Below, piece by piece: positions 43,317 through 51,750 of a DNA stretch of 64,000 nt. Positions within the stretch are counted from its first letter, which is position 1. Every line of letters begins with the position of its first letter. The DNA comes from a virus (lineage: Duplodnaviria > Heunggongvirae > Uroviricota > Caudoviricetes), in IMG/VR virus record IMGVR_UViG_2654587772_000002. One strand, given 5' to 3'. Position numbers and translations under genes: made by a program. The notes under the pieces were generated by a model. The model saw only the letters and a list, made by a program, of their open reading frames with translations, was not told where the DNA came from and made no database searches.

Positions 43317-43745
43317 TCAGGGTTTAAAATCCAGCACCCCATTTTGAAATACTTTATATACTTCCGGCGAAGGGGGGGCAGGTATATCAGCATTCTTTAT
43401 CGCATTCATCGCTTCACGACATAAATCGAGGTCTCCACTTTCTCTTTTAACCTCCAGTAGAAGGCCATTCGGGGCCATATGCATTCTCAGTGTACACTCT
43501 TTTCCTGAATACTTACTCGCATCCCCGAACTGTTTTTCGATGGCGCTCTTGATTTGATGGGCATACAGACGGATATCCTCACTAACATCAGAAGTACGTT
43601 CAGATGAACTCACATACTGTGTCTCTATTGCTTTATCGGAGTAATATGATGTACGGTCATGATAATTTGTCGATACAGCATCAGTGCACCCGATAATAAT
43701 CCCACTAATAATCAACGTAAGAATTGATGCGCTACGAAAACCCAT
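43317..43745 (-). CDS. Lipoprotein (moron), paralog of 42771..43166
   Basis: Signal peptide with lipobox IIGC; same C-terminal domain as the neighbour. Confidence 0.6.
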   Translation of the reverse strand: MGFRSASILTLIISGIIIGCTDAVSTNYHDRTSYYSDKAIETQYVSSSERTSDVSEDIRLYAHQIKSAIEKQFGDASKYSGKECTLRMHMAPNGLLLEVKRESGDLDLCREAMNAIKNADIPAPPSPEVYKVFQNGVLDFKP

Positions 43746-44332
43746 TTTTCCTCACATATGTCATATAGTAAAGGATTATATATACCGTTGTTTTGGACGC
43801 TCAAACAGCGAATCAGATCAAATAAAACGCACATTTGTTAACATTTACACAAAGTCTGCGTGGGATATTCTGAAAGAATATCCATAATGTGGAGAGAATC
43901 TATTGAAGTGCATGGTGCCGGGTGCCTCCCGGTGAACAAAATGTTCGTGATACCTGTCGGCGACAGAAAAGGTTAATGGTATCACCCCACCGCACAGGGG
44001 GATTCACCATGCAGGAGTTTTCTTAGCAAACTCACTGCGCGCCCGGCAACTCCCAACCACATAAAATGCGGAGTTTGTGGTATTTATGCATATAACTCGC
44101 AGGAATTATCTTAAAAAACTGATGTCGATCCGGATTAAAAAGAAGCAGGTCATCATCAGATGACTGGAAAAAAGGAAAACAAAAAATACTCATCATACAG
44201 TTTTGATTGCAGGGATGAGCCTGCTATGCACAATATGCAGAATATAAGCAAGATAAAAATATGCAGGCATATTATTTCGGATTTTGTTATTAACACAACC
44301 TTTTTAATAATCATTTGGCATACAATAAACCA

Positions 44333-44362
44333 GCCCAAAAAGAACCGCCTAAACAGGCGGTT
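44333..44362 (-). terminator. Rho-independent terminator (candidate late-operon tR')
   Basis: aaccgcc-taaaca-ggcggtt stem-loop followed by CTTTTTGGG on the minus strand. Confidence 0.45.
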
Positions 44363-44682
44363 GGTCAATACAAAGGATGCTTCGTCTTTATTATAGTAAT
44401 CTGAGGCGTCGAGTGTCTTGTATCAGACAACATATTGTCCCGCTAAACAGCGAATTACAAACCACCCTGCAATGATCTCTCATCTCATTTTATATGAGTT
44501 GACGACATCAGGATAACGCATCATCAGCCCCTGCCAAGAAATATCAAAACTCCCGCCAGCAATGTGTTATCACAATATTGTAAAAAAAACACAGCACCGA
44601 AACTATAACTGGTCTCTGTTATAATTTGGAGCAGAAAGACCAGTTGCCCAACTAGCAGCATTCTCCCCTGCTTTCCTGACGT

Positions 44683-44710
44683 AAAAAAACCGCATTGAGC
44701 GGTTTTTTTA
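44683..44710. terminator. Bidirectional stem-loop terminator about 100 nt downstream of Q
   Basis: aaaaaaaccgc-attga-gcggttttttt: 7-bp stem with A-run and T-run on either side. Confidence 0.45.
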
Positions 44711-44789
44711 CGATGTCCATGTCTGCAATCCGCCTCGCGATACAGCTTTACGAAGCATAGCAAAATTGAAGCAGTTTATACGTAAGAAA

Positions 44790-45332
44790 TCAAGCCATTT
44801 TCTCAGCAAATGATTCACGCATGGGAATATATAGGGCATACTCAGCAACAGCTAACCAATTAGCAATCCGTTTTTCGCATGTGCTAAAACACCACTCTGG
44901 GTGTGCATCATTTAGCAATTCAGCCATTTTGCGCTTAGTCATCCCCCGCCCTTCATAGCGTTGCCGGAGAATGCAAATCAATCCTGGATGCTCTGCCAGC
45001 ACCTCACTTATGACTCGATCAATACATAACGCCTCTGCATCAGTACAATGCGCCAGCCAGCTCTTTTGCTTGCCGTTGATCATCTCTCGCAAAAACGCTT
45101 CCAGCTCAGCTTTCTCTATTCCCGCTTTTTTCATTCTGCGCAGGGCTTCATTAATGGCTGTTTTCGTCAGTTTTTTGGATGCCAACAACTGATTGAACAT
45201 ATTCCCTGACCTGCCACCGCCAATATACGACCAGCGCCCCCACATACGTAGTTTTCCCTGAATCCAGACACTTTCCAGCGTGGTGAGGCGAAGGTGTTCT
45301 CCGCTTTTTCCTGTATTCGTTGGGTAAATCAT
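44790..45332 (-). CDS. Q: Late-gene antiterminator Q
   Basis: 180-aa protein in the Q position (after nin-like genes, before terminators and lysis cassette); resembles phage 82/21-type Q as recalled. Confidence 0.7.
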   Translation of the reverse strand: MIYPTNTGKSGEHLRLTTLESVWIQGKLRMWGRWSYIGGGRSGNMFNQLLASKKLTKTAINEALRRMKKAGIEKAELEAFLREMINGKQKSWLAHCTDAEALCIDRVISEVLAEHPGLICILRQRYEGRGMTKRKMAELLNDAHPEWCFSTCEKRIANWLAVAEYALYIPMRESFAEKMA

Positions 45333-45619
45333 AAATGACCTTTCTTTCTCCAGATTTCTTGTGTGCGAAAAACCCCTTCAGCATGCATCAGGCGCAATTC
45401 TTCTTTGGTGTAATCGCTGGTTTTTACCCGCCCGTCGATTAGATCGTGGCATGAGCTACAGGCTATCGCCGCCTGCATATCGTGTGGTTTTGTCGCTGTT
45501 CCGCACGTCCCCGCCAGCCTGTAATGCGCCAGCACAGAGGTTTCGGGATTGTGATTGCAGTAGCCAGGGATTCTGATCTGGCATATCTGGCCTTTAGCCG
45601 CTTTACGTAAATTCACCAT
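45329..45619 (-). CDS. Nin-region Cys-rich protein (DUF1364/YbcO-like)
   Basis: 96 aa with CxxxxxxC...CSSCH Cys/His pattern; 4-nt overlap with Q start. Confidence 0.5.
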   Translation of the reverse strand: MVNLRKAAKGQICQIRIPGYCNHNPETSVLAHYRLAGTCGTATKPHDMQAAIACSSCHDLIDGRVKTSDYTKEELRLMHAEGVFRTQEIWRKKGHL

Positions 45620-46218
45620 TACGCAAACTCCAGTAGTTGTGCGGCCACATTTTCAACTTCCTCCTGAGAGGAGAATTTACGGAACAGAATCCAGTTCCAC
45701 AGCACATTCAGTACAGATTTATAAACCTGCTGAAACTCGACTTCGTCCATATTCGCAAAAGCGATGGATTTTGCCCGACGCCCACGGCTACCGTCCGGAT
45801 AAATATGCTCGGTGTAAAATCCGGCCTGAATGGTTACCCACTCGCGGAAAGCCTCAAACGACTTTAGCAACGCCGTATCCCGGGTTCTACGAGTCGCAAC
45901 GGTGTTAAGGTATTGCTCTGCGGCATCACTCAGGGCTGGCGTGTGTTCCCGACCAACTGATTCGCACAGGTAATCAACGAAACCAGACAGCAGTTCTCGT
46001 TCGCGAGGCGTGATCGCCCCACCGACCGGAGTCCAGTAATCGAATCCCAGTTGCAGGAGTTTGAAAAAACGCTTGTGGAATGCGTAGTTACGCACACGCT
46101 TAAAATCTGCGTGTATCCACTCACCTATTTTGATTTGATGCAGAAAATCGCAACTCTCCGGCGTCGCCGGGAGAAGTAAACCAGAAGAAGTTTGTTTGAC
46201 CAGTTGTATATGCGCCAT
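45619..46218 (-). CDS. Nin-region protein (DUF1367-like)
   Basis: 199-aa ORF, 1-nt overlap with downstream gene; family assignment from memory only. Confidence 0.4.
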   Translation of the reverse strand: MAHIQLVKQTSSGLLLPATPESCDFLHQIKIGEWIHADFKRVRNYAFHKRFFKLLQLGFDYWTPVGGAITPRERELLSGFVDYLCESVGREHTPALSDAAEQYLNTVATRRTRDTALLKSFEAFREWVTIQAGFYTEHIYPDGSRGRRAKSIAFANMDEVEFQQVYKSVLNVLWNWILFRKFSSQEEVENVAAQLLEFA

Positions 46219-46636
46219 TTCTCAATCTCTCGATGGCGCAGTGCAGCAGATGCCAGTTGTTCAAGCTAGCACGCAAATTGTAAACCAGAATGCCAGGAAA
46301 AAACAAAACCCGCCGAAGCTGGTTGTGTGCGGTTGCGTTGAAGTCTCCTAGCCAAAGAGTAGCGGTGACCACTCCCCGCCGATAATCTTAGTTGTTTAAT
46401 TTCGTAAGCTAACTAGGCTAAAAGCTCTCTGTTGTCTGCCTGTTGTACAATTAACAAAATGAACAACGAACTAGATATACCAACGCCAGAATGGTGCAAC
46501 AAATCCCAAACAACACAGCAATGCAACAATAACATATGTTATTTTCCTCTCACGGGATTCAGTCCTGAATTCTCATAAAGCTAATCTTTTTTTAAAAACA
46601 TACTGTTAGATCACATGCACTTTCTTTCTTAACATC

Positions 46637-46664
46637 GTTGACTTCGCATGCGAAGCGTTTAAAA
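46637..46664 (+). promoter_or_regulatory. Sigma70-type promoter for the ATPase operon with palindrome TTCGCATGCGAA in the spacer
   Basis: TTGACT (46637-46642), 16-nt spacer, TAAAAT (46659-46664); perfect 12-bp palindrome 46642-46653. Confidence 0.45.
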
Positions 46665-46717
46665 TCAACAATTTGCACTTAAGGTATTTATTTTCCCAAA
46701 CACATAGAGAGTAAATT

Positions 46718-48109
46718 ATGACTGAGAACACGACTCCAACAGCAGACTTTAGTCCTAGTAAAAGATTTTTTGTGAGTATGCTAACTCGAGATATCGACTT
46801 AAACGATGCCATACTTGATCTGCTTGATAACTGCGTCGATGGGGCTTTACGTACAATAAAAGACACAAAAAAAACTTCAAAACCATATGAAGGATTTTAT
46901 GCGAAACTTACGATTAATAAAGATGTCTTTATTATAGAAGACAATTGCGGAGGTATCCCTAAAAGCTTCCGAGAATATGCTTTTAAAATGGGACGACCCC
47001 ATCAAAAAGAAGAAGAAAATGAAGGCACCGTTGGCGTCTATGGTATTGGTATGAAAAGAGCCATTTTTAAAATGGGTAGAGATTGCTCAATACAATCGAA
47101 TAATCCCGATGGCGCATTCACTGTAGATATAACACCTGATTGGATCGATGGTGATGGTTGGAAAATACCGATGCACGAGAGTGACTATGATAACAAAAAT
47201 CCAACAGGCACAACTATAGAGATAAAAAAACTCCATTCTAATGTGGCACAAAAATTTAATGAGAGCACATATCTTACTGATCTCTTTTTACAGATAAAAC
47301 ACTCATTGTCATTTATTATTCAAAAAGGATTTAAAATAGAATTAAATGGAGTTGTTGTTGAACATAATCCGATTAACATCATAACTGATCATTCTAAAAT
47401 AGAACCATACATATATAAAGCTAAAATAGACGATGTTGATATCGATTTAGTTGTTGGCTTCTATAAAAATTTAGAAGATGACAATGATGATGTTTTAGAA
47501 AAAAGGAGTTCTGATGATGCTGGATGGACTGTCATTTGCAATGACCGCGTTGTTCTATATTGTGATAAGACACATCTCACAGGTTGGGGCTTTGCTAATG
47601 TACCAAGGTTTCATACCCAATTTATAGCAATTTCTGGGGTTGTTCGCTTTACCAGTAAAAACCCAGAAAAATTACCAATAACAACAACGAAACGAGGTGT
47701 CGATCTTAGTTCTACATTGTACAATGATGTACGAAATAAAATGATTGAAGGGATGATGCATTTTATTCGATTCACCAATCAGTGGAAAGGTGAGCATCTT
47801 GAAGAAGGGAAAAAATTACTTAAGTCAGCTCAGTCACATGAAGCTCAATCTTTATTTGAAATTACCCCACAATCAACTCCAGAAGATAAAAAAAATAACT
47901 GGTCCAACCCTAATAGAAACAAAAATGAGTGGCGATATACACCTAAGCTGCCTACCCCAGTAAAAAAAAGCTCTACTGTACGAATAATCTTCACCAGAGA
48001 GAAAGAAGATGTTAAAATTTTATCTAAATATTTCTTTGGACATGAAGATGCTAGCGCTTCTGATGTGGGGATGCAATGCTTTGATACGGTGATTGAAGAG
48101 GTGAAGTGA
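46718..48109 (+). CDS. GHKL-family (MutL/MORC/histidine-kinase-like) ATPase with about 330-aa C-terminal domain of unknown function
   Basis: Bergerat-fold motifs: N box LLDNCVDGA, G1 box IEDNCGGIP, G2 box GVYGIGMKRAIFKMG in the first ~120 residues. Confidence 0.8.
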   Translation: MTENTTPTADFSPSKRFFVSMLTRDIDLNDAILDLLDNCVDGALRTIKDTKKTSKPYEGFYAKLTINKDVFIIEDNCGGIPKSFREYAFKMGRPHQKEEENEGTVGVYGIGMKRAIFKMGRDCSIQSNNPDGAFTVDITPDWIDGDGWKIPMHESDYDNKNPTGTTIEIKKLHSNVAQKFNESTYLTDLFLQIKHSLSFIIQKGFKIELNGVVVEHNPINIITDHSKIEPYIYKAKIDDVDIDLVVGFYKNLEDDNDDVLEKRSSDDAGWTVICNDRVVLYCDKTHLTGWGFANVPRFHTQFIAISGVVRFTSKNPEKLPITTTKRGVDLSSTLYNDVRNKMIEGMMHFIRFTNQWKGEHLEEGKKLLKSAQSHEAQSLFEITPQSTPEDKKNNWSNPNRNKNEWRYTPKLPTPVKKSSTVRIIFTREKEDVKILSKYFFGHEDASASDVGMQCFDTVIEEVK

Positions 48110-49098
48110 TGTCTGGACAATACATTCCCTATCACTTAAGGCATAATAAGTCTATTGATAGAGAGATTTTTCTCGAAAGCCTAAACCTCTTAAGCAAAAG
48201 ACTAAATATTCAAGAATATACATATATAGGTTTTGGTGGTCCGATGCTTGAAGATTTTAGAATCATGCATAATCGTATCGCTCTTTCTGATATGATTTCT
48301 CTCGAAGAACAAGAGTCTACTCACATCAGACAAAAATATAATTTGCCTTATAATTGTATTGATTGTAAGCTAATATCAGCTCATGACTTTATTCTTGATT
48401 ATAGTTTTTCTAAACCATCAATAACATGGTTAGACTATGCCTCCCCGAAAAAAATACAAACGGATCTAGATGATATACACTTACTAAGTACTAAAGTAAG
48501 CTCTTTTGATATTTTGAAGGTCACCTTCCCCATAAATCCTAGTTCTTATTACCAACGTAGAGTTGGAGAAAGTTTAGATATTTTTAAAGAAGCTTTTATT
48601 AATTCATTAAAATCATTGCTTGGGAAAAAGTATCTTGATTTTAATCTTCAGATATCAAATGCAGATCTTTCAGATCGTAAGATTAAAGCTCTTTTAATAC
48701 GAATTATTACAAACGCTTTTAGATCAGCAATAGAACGTGGTCTTTCAGGACGTAAGGATAAGATTCAGTATTACCCATTATCTTTAAATCAATATAATGA
48801 TGGCAGTCATACCATGTTGACAATATCAGGTTTTTTCTCCTCAGAACAAGAATATATAGAGTTATCTAAGGCATGCGACCTTTCTAACTGGCAATTTTAT
48901 TCAACAAATTGGGAAGACGTGCAAGAAATAGCAATACCAACACTAACAATTAAAGAAAAGATAAATTTAGATAGTAAACTGCCTGATAAAGAAGCATATC
49001 AGGCAGCCGCTGAAGAGTTCTCTTTAAACGAAAATGAACGGGATAACTATTATAAATACTATAGGTTATACCCTAACTTCCAAAGAATTATGGTTTAA
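48106..49098 (+). CDS. Unknown 330-aa protein translationally coupled to the GHKL ATPase (candidate effector/specificity subunit)
   Basis: Stop/start overlap (GTGATG) with upstream gene; AT-rich; no recognisable motif. Confidence 0.6.
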   Translation: MMSGQYIPYHLRHNKSIDREIFLESLNLLSKRLNIQEYTYIGFGGPMLEDFRIMHNRIALSDMISLEEQESTHIRQKYNLPYNCIDCKLISAHDFILDYSFSKPSITWLDYASPKKIQTDLDDIHLLSTKVSSFDILKVTFPINPSSYYQRRVGESLDIFKEAFINSLKSLLGKKYLDFNLQISNADLSDRKIKALLIRIITNAFRSAIERGLSGRKDKIQYYPLSLNQYNDGSHTMLTISGFFSSEQEYIELSKACDLSNWQFYSTNWEDVQEIAIPTLTIKEKINLDSKLPDKEAYQAAAEEFSLNENERDNYYKYYRLYPNFQRIMV

Positions 49099-50217
49099 AT
49101 ATTCGGGCTGTACTCTTTTATTTAATAAATTGTACAGCCCCTTTAATATATATTCAGCAACTATTGGTGACACGCTATTTCCTATTTGTCTGAAACTATG
49201 CCATTTAGTTACATGAAAGCGAAACCAATCAGGGAAGCCTTGTAATCTAGCAGCTTCTCTTGGTGTAATCACTCTTGGATGATAAGGGTGGATCGGCCTG
49301 ACGGCTTGAAAGCTTCCTTTATCTCTAGCGGTTCCCGCCCTTAAAGTCGGGCAAAAACCATTTGGATCTAATCTTGTAGATCTTGAAATTTTATCAGTTT
49401 CCCCAAAAGATAAGGAAGCATAACGCTCTTGGACGATTTTGCTATGTAATGTTCCGGTACATCCAGATATGATATTATTTTTTAACTTAGCGATCGATTC
49501 TGTATCACCAACATTCCGAGGGATCTGCCCCCATAATTTTTCATAAAATCCCCCTTTTCGATCTTTTTTAATTGTTCGCCAACTCTCAGAGTCTGATTGC
49601 CAATTGGCATCGATAATATCTGGTAATCCATACAAAGCATCTTTTACAGTAACCGGATCAATCATTTTAGGCATAAATACTTCATCTGAAATATCAAGCT
49701 TCAATGATTTTTTTACACCGATAAAAAAATATCTAGTTCGAATAGTTGGAGCACCATAATCAGATGCTTTTACCTTGATGGGATCAAGAATATCATAATC
49801 ACCGCTAACCAAATTAAATGCTTTATTTCTAATGCCAGAATATTTCTCTTGCATAATACCTGGAACATTTTCTGCCAAAAAGAATAATGGCTGTAATTCT
49901 GATACTAAACGGTAGAAATGCATGTAAAGCTGATTCCTGCTATCATCAGGATTCCCCTTGCCTATTGAACTAAATCCTTGGCACGGAGGACCGCCAATAA
50001 TACCATCTATGGGCATATCGTTTTTAAAAAAACCCTTAATTATTTCTGCATTTAGTAAAGAAACATCTTCTTGGACGTGCAAACTTCTTGGAAAATTAAT
50101 TGCGTGAGTATTAATAGCATGTTGATCAATTTCAACTGCCATTTTAACATCAAATCCAGCACGTGCAGCACCAAGACTTAGACCTCCAACGCCAGAAAAC
50201 AAATCTATTACATTCAT
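49066..50217 (-). CDS. DNA (cytosine-5)-methyltransferase
   Basis: Motif I DLFSGVGG, motif IV GGPPCQGFS, motif VI ENV (FLAENVPG), motif X GNSVSP; about 150-aa variable target-recognition region; convergent with partner gene, 3' ends overlap 33 nt. Confidence 0.9.
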   Translation of the reverse strand: MNVIDLFSGVGGLSLGAARAGFDVKMAVEIDQHAINTHAINFPRSLHVQEDVSLLNAEIIKGFFKNDMPIDGIIGGPPCQGFSSIGKGNPDDSRNQLYMHFYRLVSELQPLFFLAENVPGIMQEKYSGIRNKAFNLVSGDYDILDPIKVKASDYGAPTIRTRYFFIGVKKSLKLDISDEVFMPKMIDPVTVKDALYGLPDIIDANWQSDSESWRTIKKDRKGGFYEKLWGQIPRNVGDTESIAKLKNNIISGCTGTLHSKIVQERYASLSFGETDKISRSTRLDPNGFCPTLRAGTARDKGSFQAVRPIHPYHPRVITPREAARLQGFPDWFRFHVTKWHSFRQIGNSVSPIVAEYILKGLYNLLNKRVQPEYLNHNSLEVRV

Positions 50218-50479
50218 ATAGTTGCAACGTCTCTTATTAGTTTCTATGTATTATAACACAACTGTTCTTGATGTTTTAACCCCATAAGATAACCTCATAA
50301 AGGCTATCCCTTGAAAATACCGGATCGCATAAATTTAATCTTTCAAAACTACTTGTCTATTAATCGAGCAATTTAAGGTTTTTTTAGTCATGTCGATACC
50401 GACATAGTTAACTAAACCCATTTCATCGTCCAACAAATGGGGGTAATACACTTTGATTTATAGTCGGGTGGGTTTTTCT

Positions 50480-50515
50480 CTATCTGCCTTTGGTGTTCAT
50501 GCCCAAGGCAGATAG
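50480..50515. repeat. Perfect 11-bp inverted repeat with 14-nt spacer
   Basis: ctatctgcctt ... aaggcagatag in the intergenic region upstream of the methyltransferase. Confidence 0.6.
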
Positions 50516-50568
50516 CCTCAAGCACCCGCAGCAATTCTACTTAACTATCCTTTTCCCGCAAATCGTTT

Positions 50569-50652
50569 TTATCCCCAGCGGCAAATCGAATACACAACCA
50601 GCGCCACCGCCATCGCAATTCCTACCGTTGTGAATGCTTCAGTCCAGGTCAT
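50569..50652 (-). CDS. Small hydrophobic peptide (27 aa), translationally coupled (ATGA) to upstream ORF
   Basis: MTWTEAFTTVGIAMAVALVVYSICRWG: single predicted TM helix; start overlaps stop of 50649..50906. Confidence 0.35.
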   Translation of the reverse strand: MTWTEAFTTVGIAMAVALVVYSICRWG

Positions 50653-51152
50653 CGTGAAACATCCTCCACGCTTATAAGTCCGCTTCGCTCCAGGTAGTCC
50701 ATCACTTTATCCGGCAATTTGCAGCCCGGTTTCGCTTTCTTCAGTTGACTAACCAATTGTTTAACCAGCATTGTCAATTCGCGAACTTGTTTCCCGGGCT
50801 CCCCTTTGCCCTGAAGCAGGGCAGCGCGGCAAGCGTTCCATCCCTCAGCATATGTTTCAGTTACACCATCGAGATGGCATGTAAGCAAATCCATTTCTTC
50901 CGGCACTACTGGCGCTGGAAAAACGGCATAGGGTGGCGTCCATTTTGGCGCTTTATCTCCAGCCGAACGCTGCTACCAGTCATCCGGTTTGTATTCATAA
51001 AAATCACCAACTGGCTCTGCTTCCAGCGATGCCAGAGCAATTTTGAATAATTCGCCCTCTACCCGTGCCATCCCTGAATTGGGGTGGCATTTCTCAATCG
51101 CTATTTTTAATTTAGCTTCTTCGATTAATTGCTTTTTGGTTAATTCAGTCAT
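50649..51152 (-). pseudogene. Early-region ORF interrupted by an in-frame TAG at 50973-50975
   Basis: ATG at 51152 and the 85-aa ORF are in the same frame, separated only by one TAG (..YKPDDW*QRSAGDKAPKW..PEEMDLL..). Confidence 0.45.
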
Positions 51153-51312
51153 TTTTCATTACCGCCCTTTCGGGCCGCCTCCTAATATTTTGAGGGTGCA
51201 GCCCCCCCTCCGGTTAAGGATTAAATTTTATTTACAGTGCTAAATTTAATTATTCAGATTTGGATTATGATTTCTCTTTCAGTTCACGCAGTTCCCTGAT
51301 TGTTAATTTGGC

Positions 51313-51750
51313 TCACAACAGCACATCCTGAAAATTACCCTGATAGAACGCCAGTACACGCTGCATGACTTCGCTCTTCCGGCACTCGCGACAGATTATA
51401 TTCAGACGCCTGTCATAGCGGCGTATTTCTCCGTCTGGTAATGACCAGATAAGGTCCGGATCAACTACAGCAGGTTTCTTCACCTTTGCCCTCGATAGTT
51501 TTTTGCGGGCGTTTTGCCAGTCTTTACGCGCCTGTTCAGACGGGAATAACCCGTAACCAGAGTTGTATACATCGCCACTGGCAACCAGCTCACTGGCGAG
51601 AACACTCATCAGATATCTTGTCGCACCTGTCTTGGCTTCCAGTTGCCGTAACGTCTCGCGACCGCTCAGACGTACAAGTTCAACAACCTGCCCTTTAATT
51701 TTTTCCCGCTCTTCTGGTGTAAATACTTTTGCCATAAGCGCCTCCGGCAA
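51313..51750 (-). CDS. Hypothetical early-region protein
   Basis: 145-aa ORF abutting the upstream gene. Confidence 0.45.
   Translation of the reverse strand: MPEALMAKVFTPEEREKIKGQVVELVRLSGRETLRQLEAKTGATRYLMSVLASELVASGDVYNSGYGLFPSEQARKDWQNARKKLSRAKVKKPAVVDPDLIWSLPDGEIRRYDRRLNIICRECRKSEVMQRVLAFYQGNFQDVLL

Larger units (their letters stand above)
46220..50650. other. AT-rich cargo island carrying a GHKL-ATPase / unknown partner / C5-methyltransferase module
   Basis: Abrupt shift to AT-rich composition relative to both flanks; three genes unrelated to phage functions. Confidence 0.8.

Noticed and set aside
44156-44763. Minus-strand ORFs 44156..44368 and 44524..44763 in the Q-downstream leader
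   Set aside because: Overlap the terminator hairpins, AT-rich low-complexity products, no RBS; likely non-coding late leader.
43746-44789. tRNA genes or a toxin locus (for example stx) between Q and the lysis cassette
   Set aside because: No GTTCGAATC-type T-loop or cloverleaf-compatible sequence seen, and no A/B toxin-like ORFs; the slot instead holds the two lipoprotein genes and non-coding leader.
46718-48109. GHKL ATPase as a two-component sensor histidine kinase
   Set aside because: No transmembrane sensor region, no HisKA/dimerisation H-box preceding the ATPase fold, and no response-regulator gene nearby; the ATPase domain is N-terminal.
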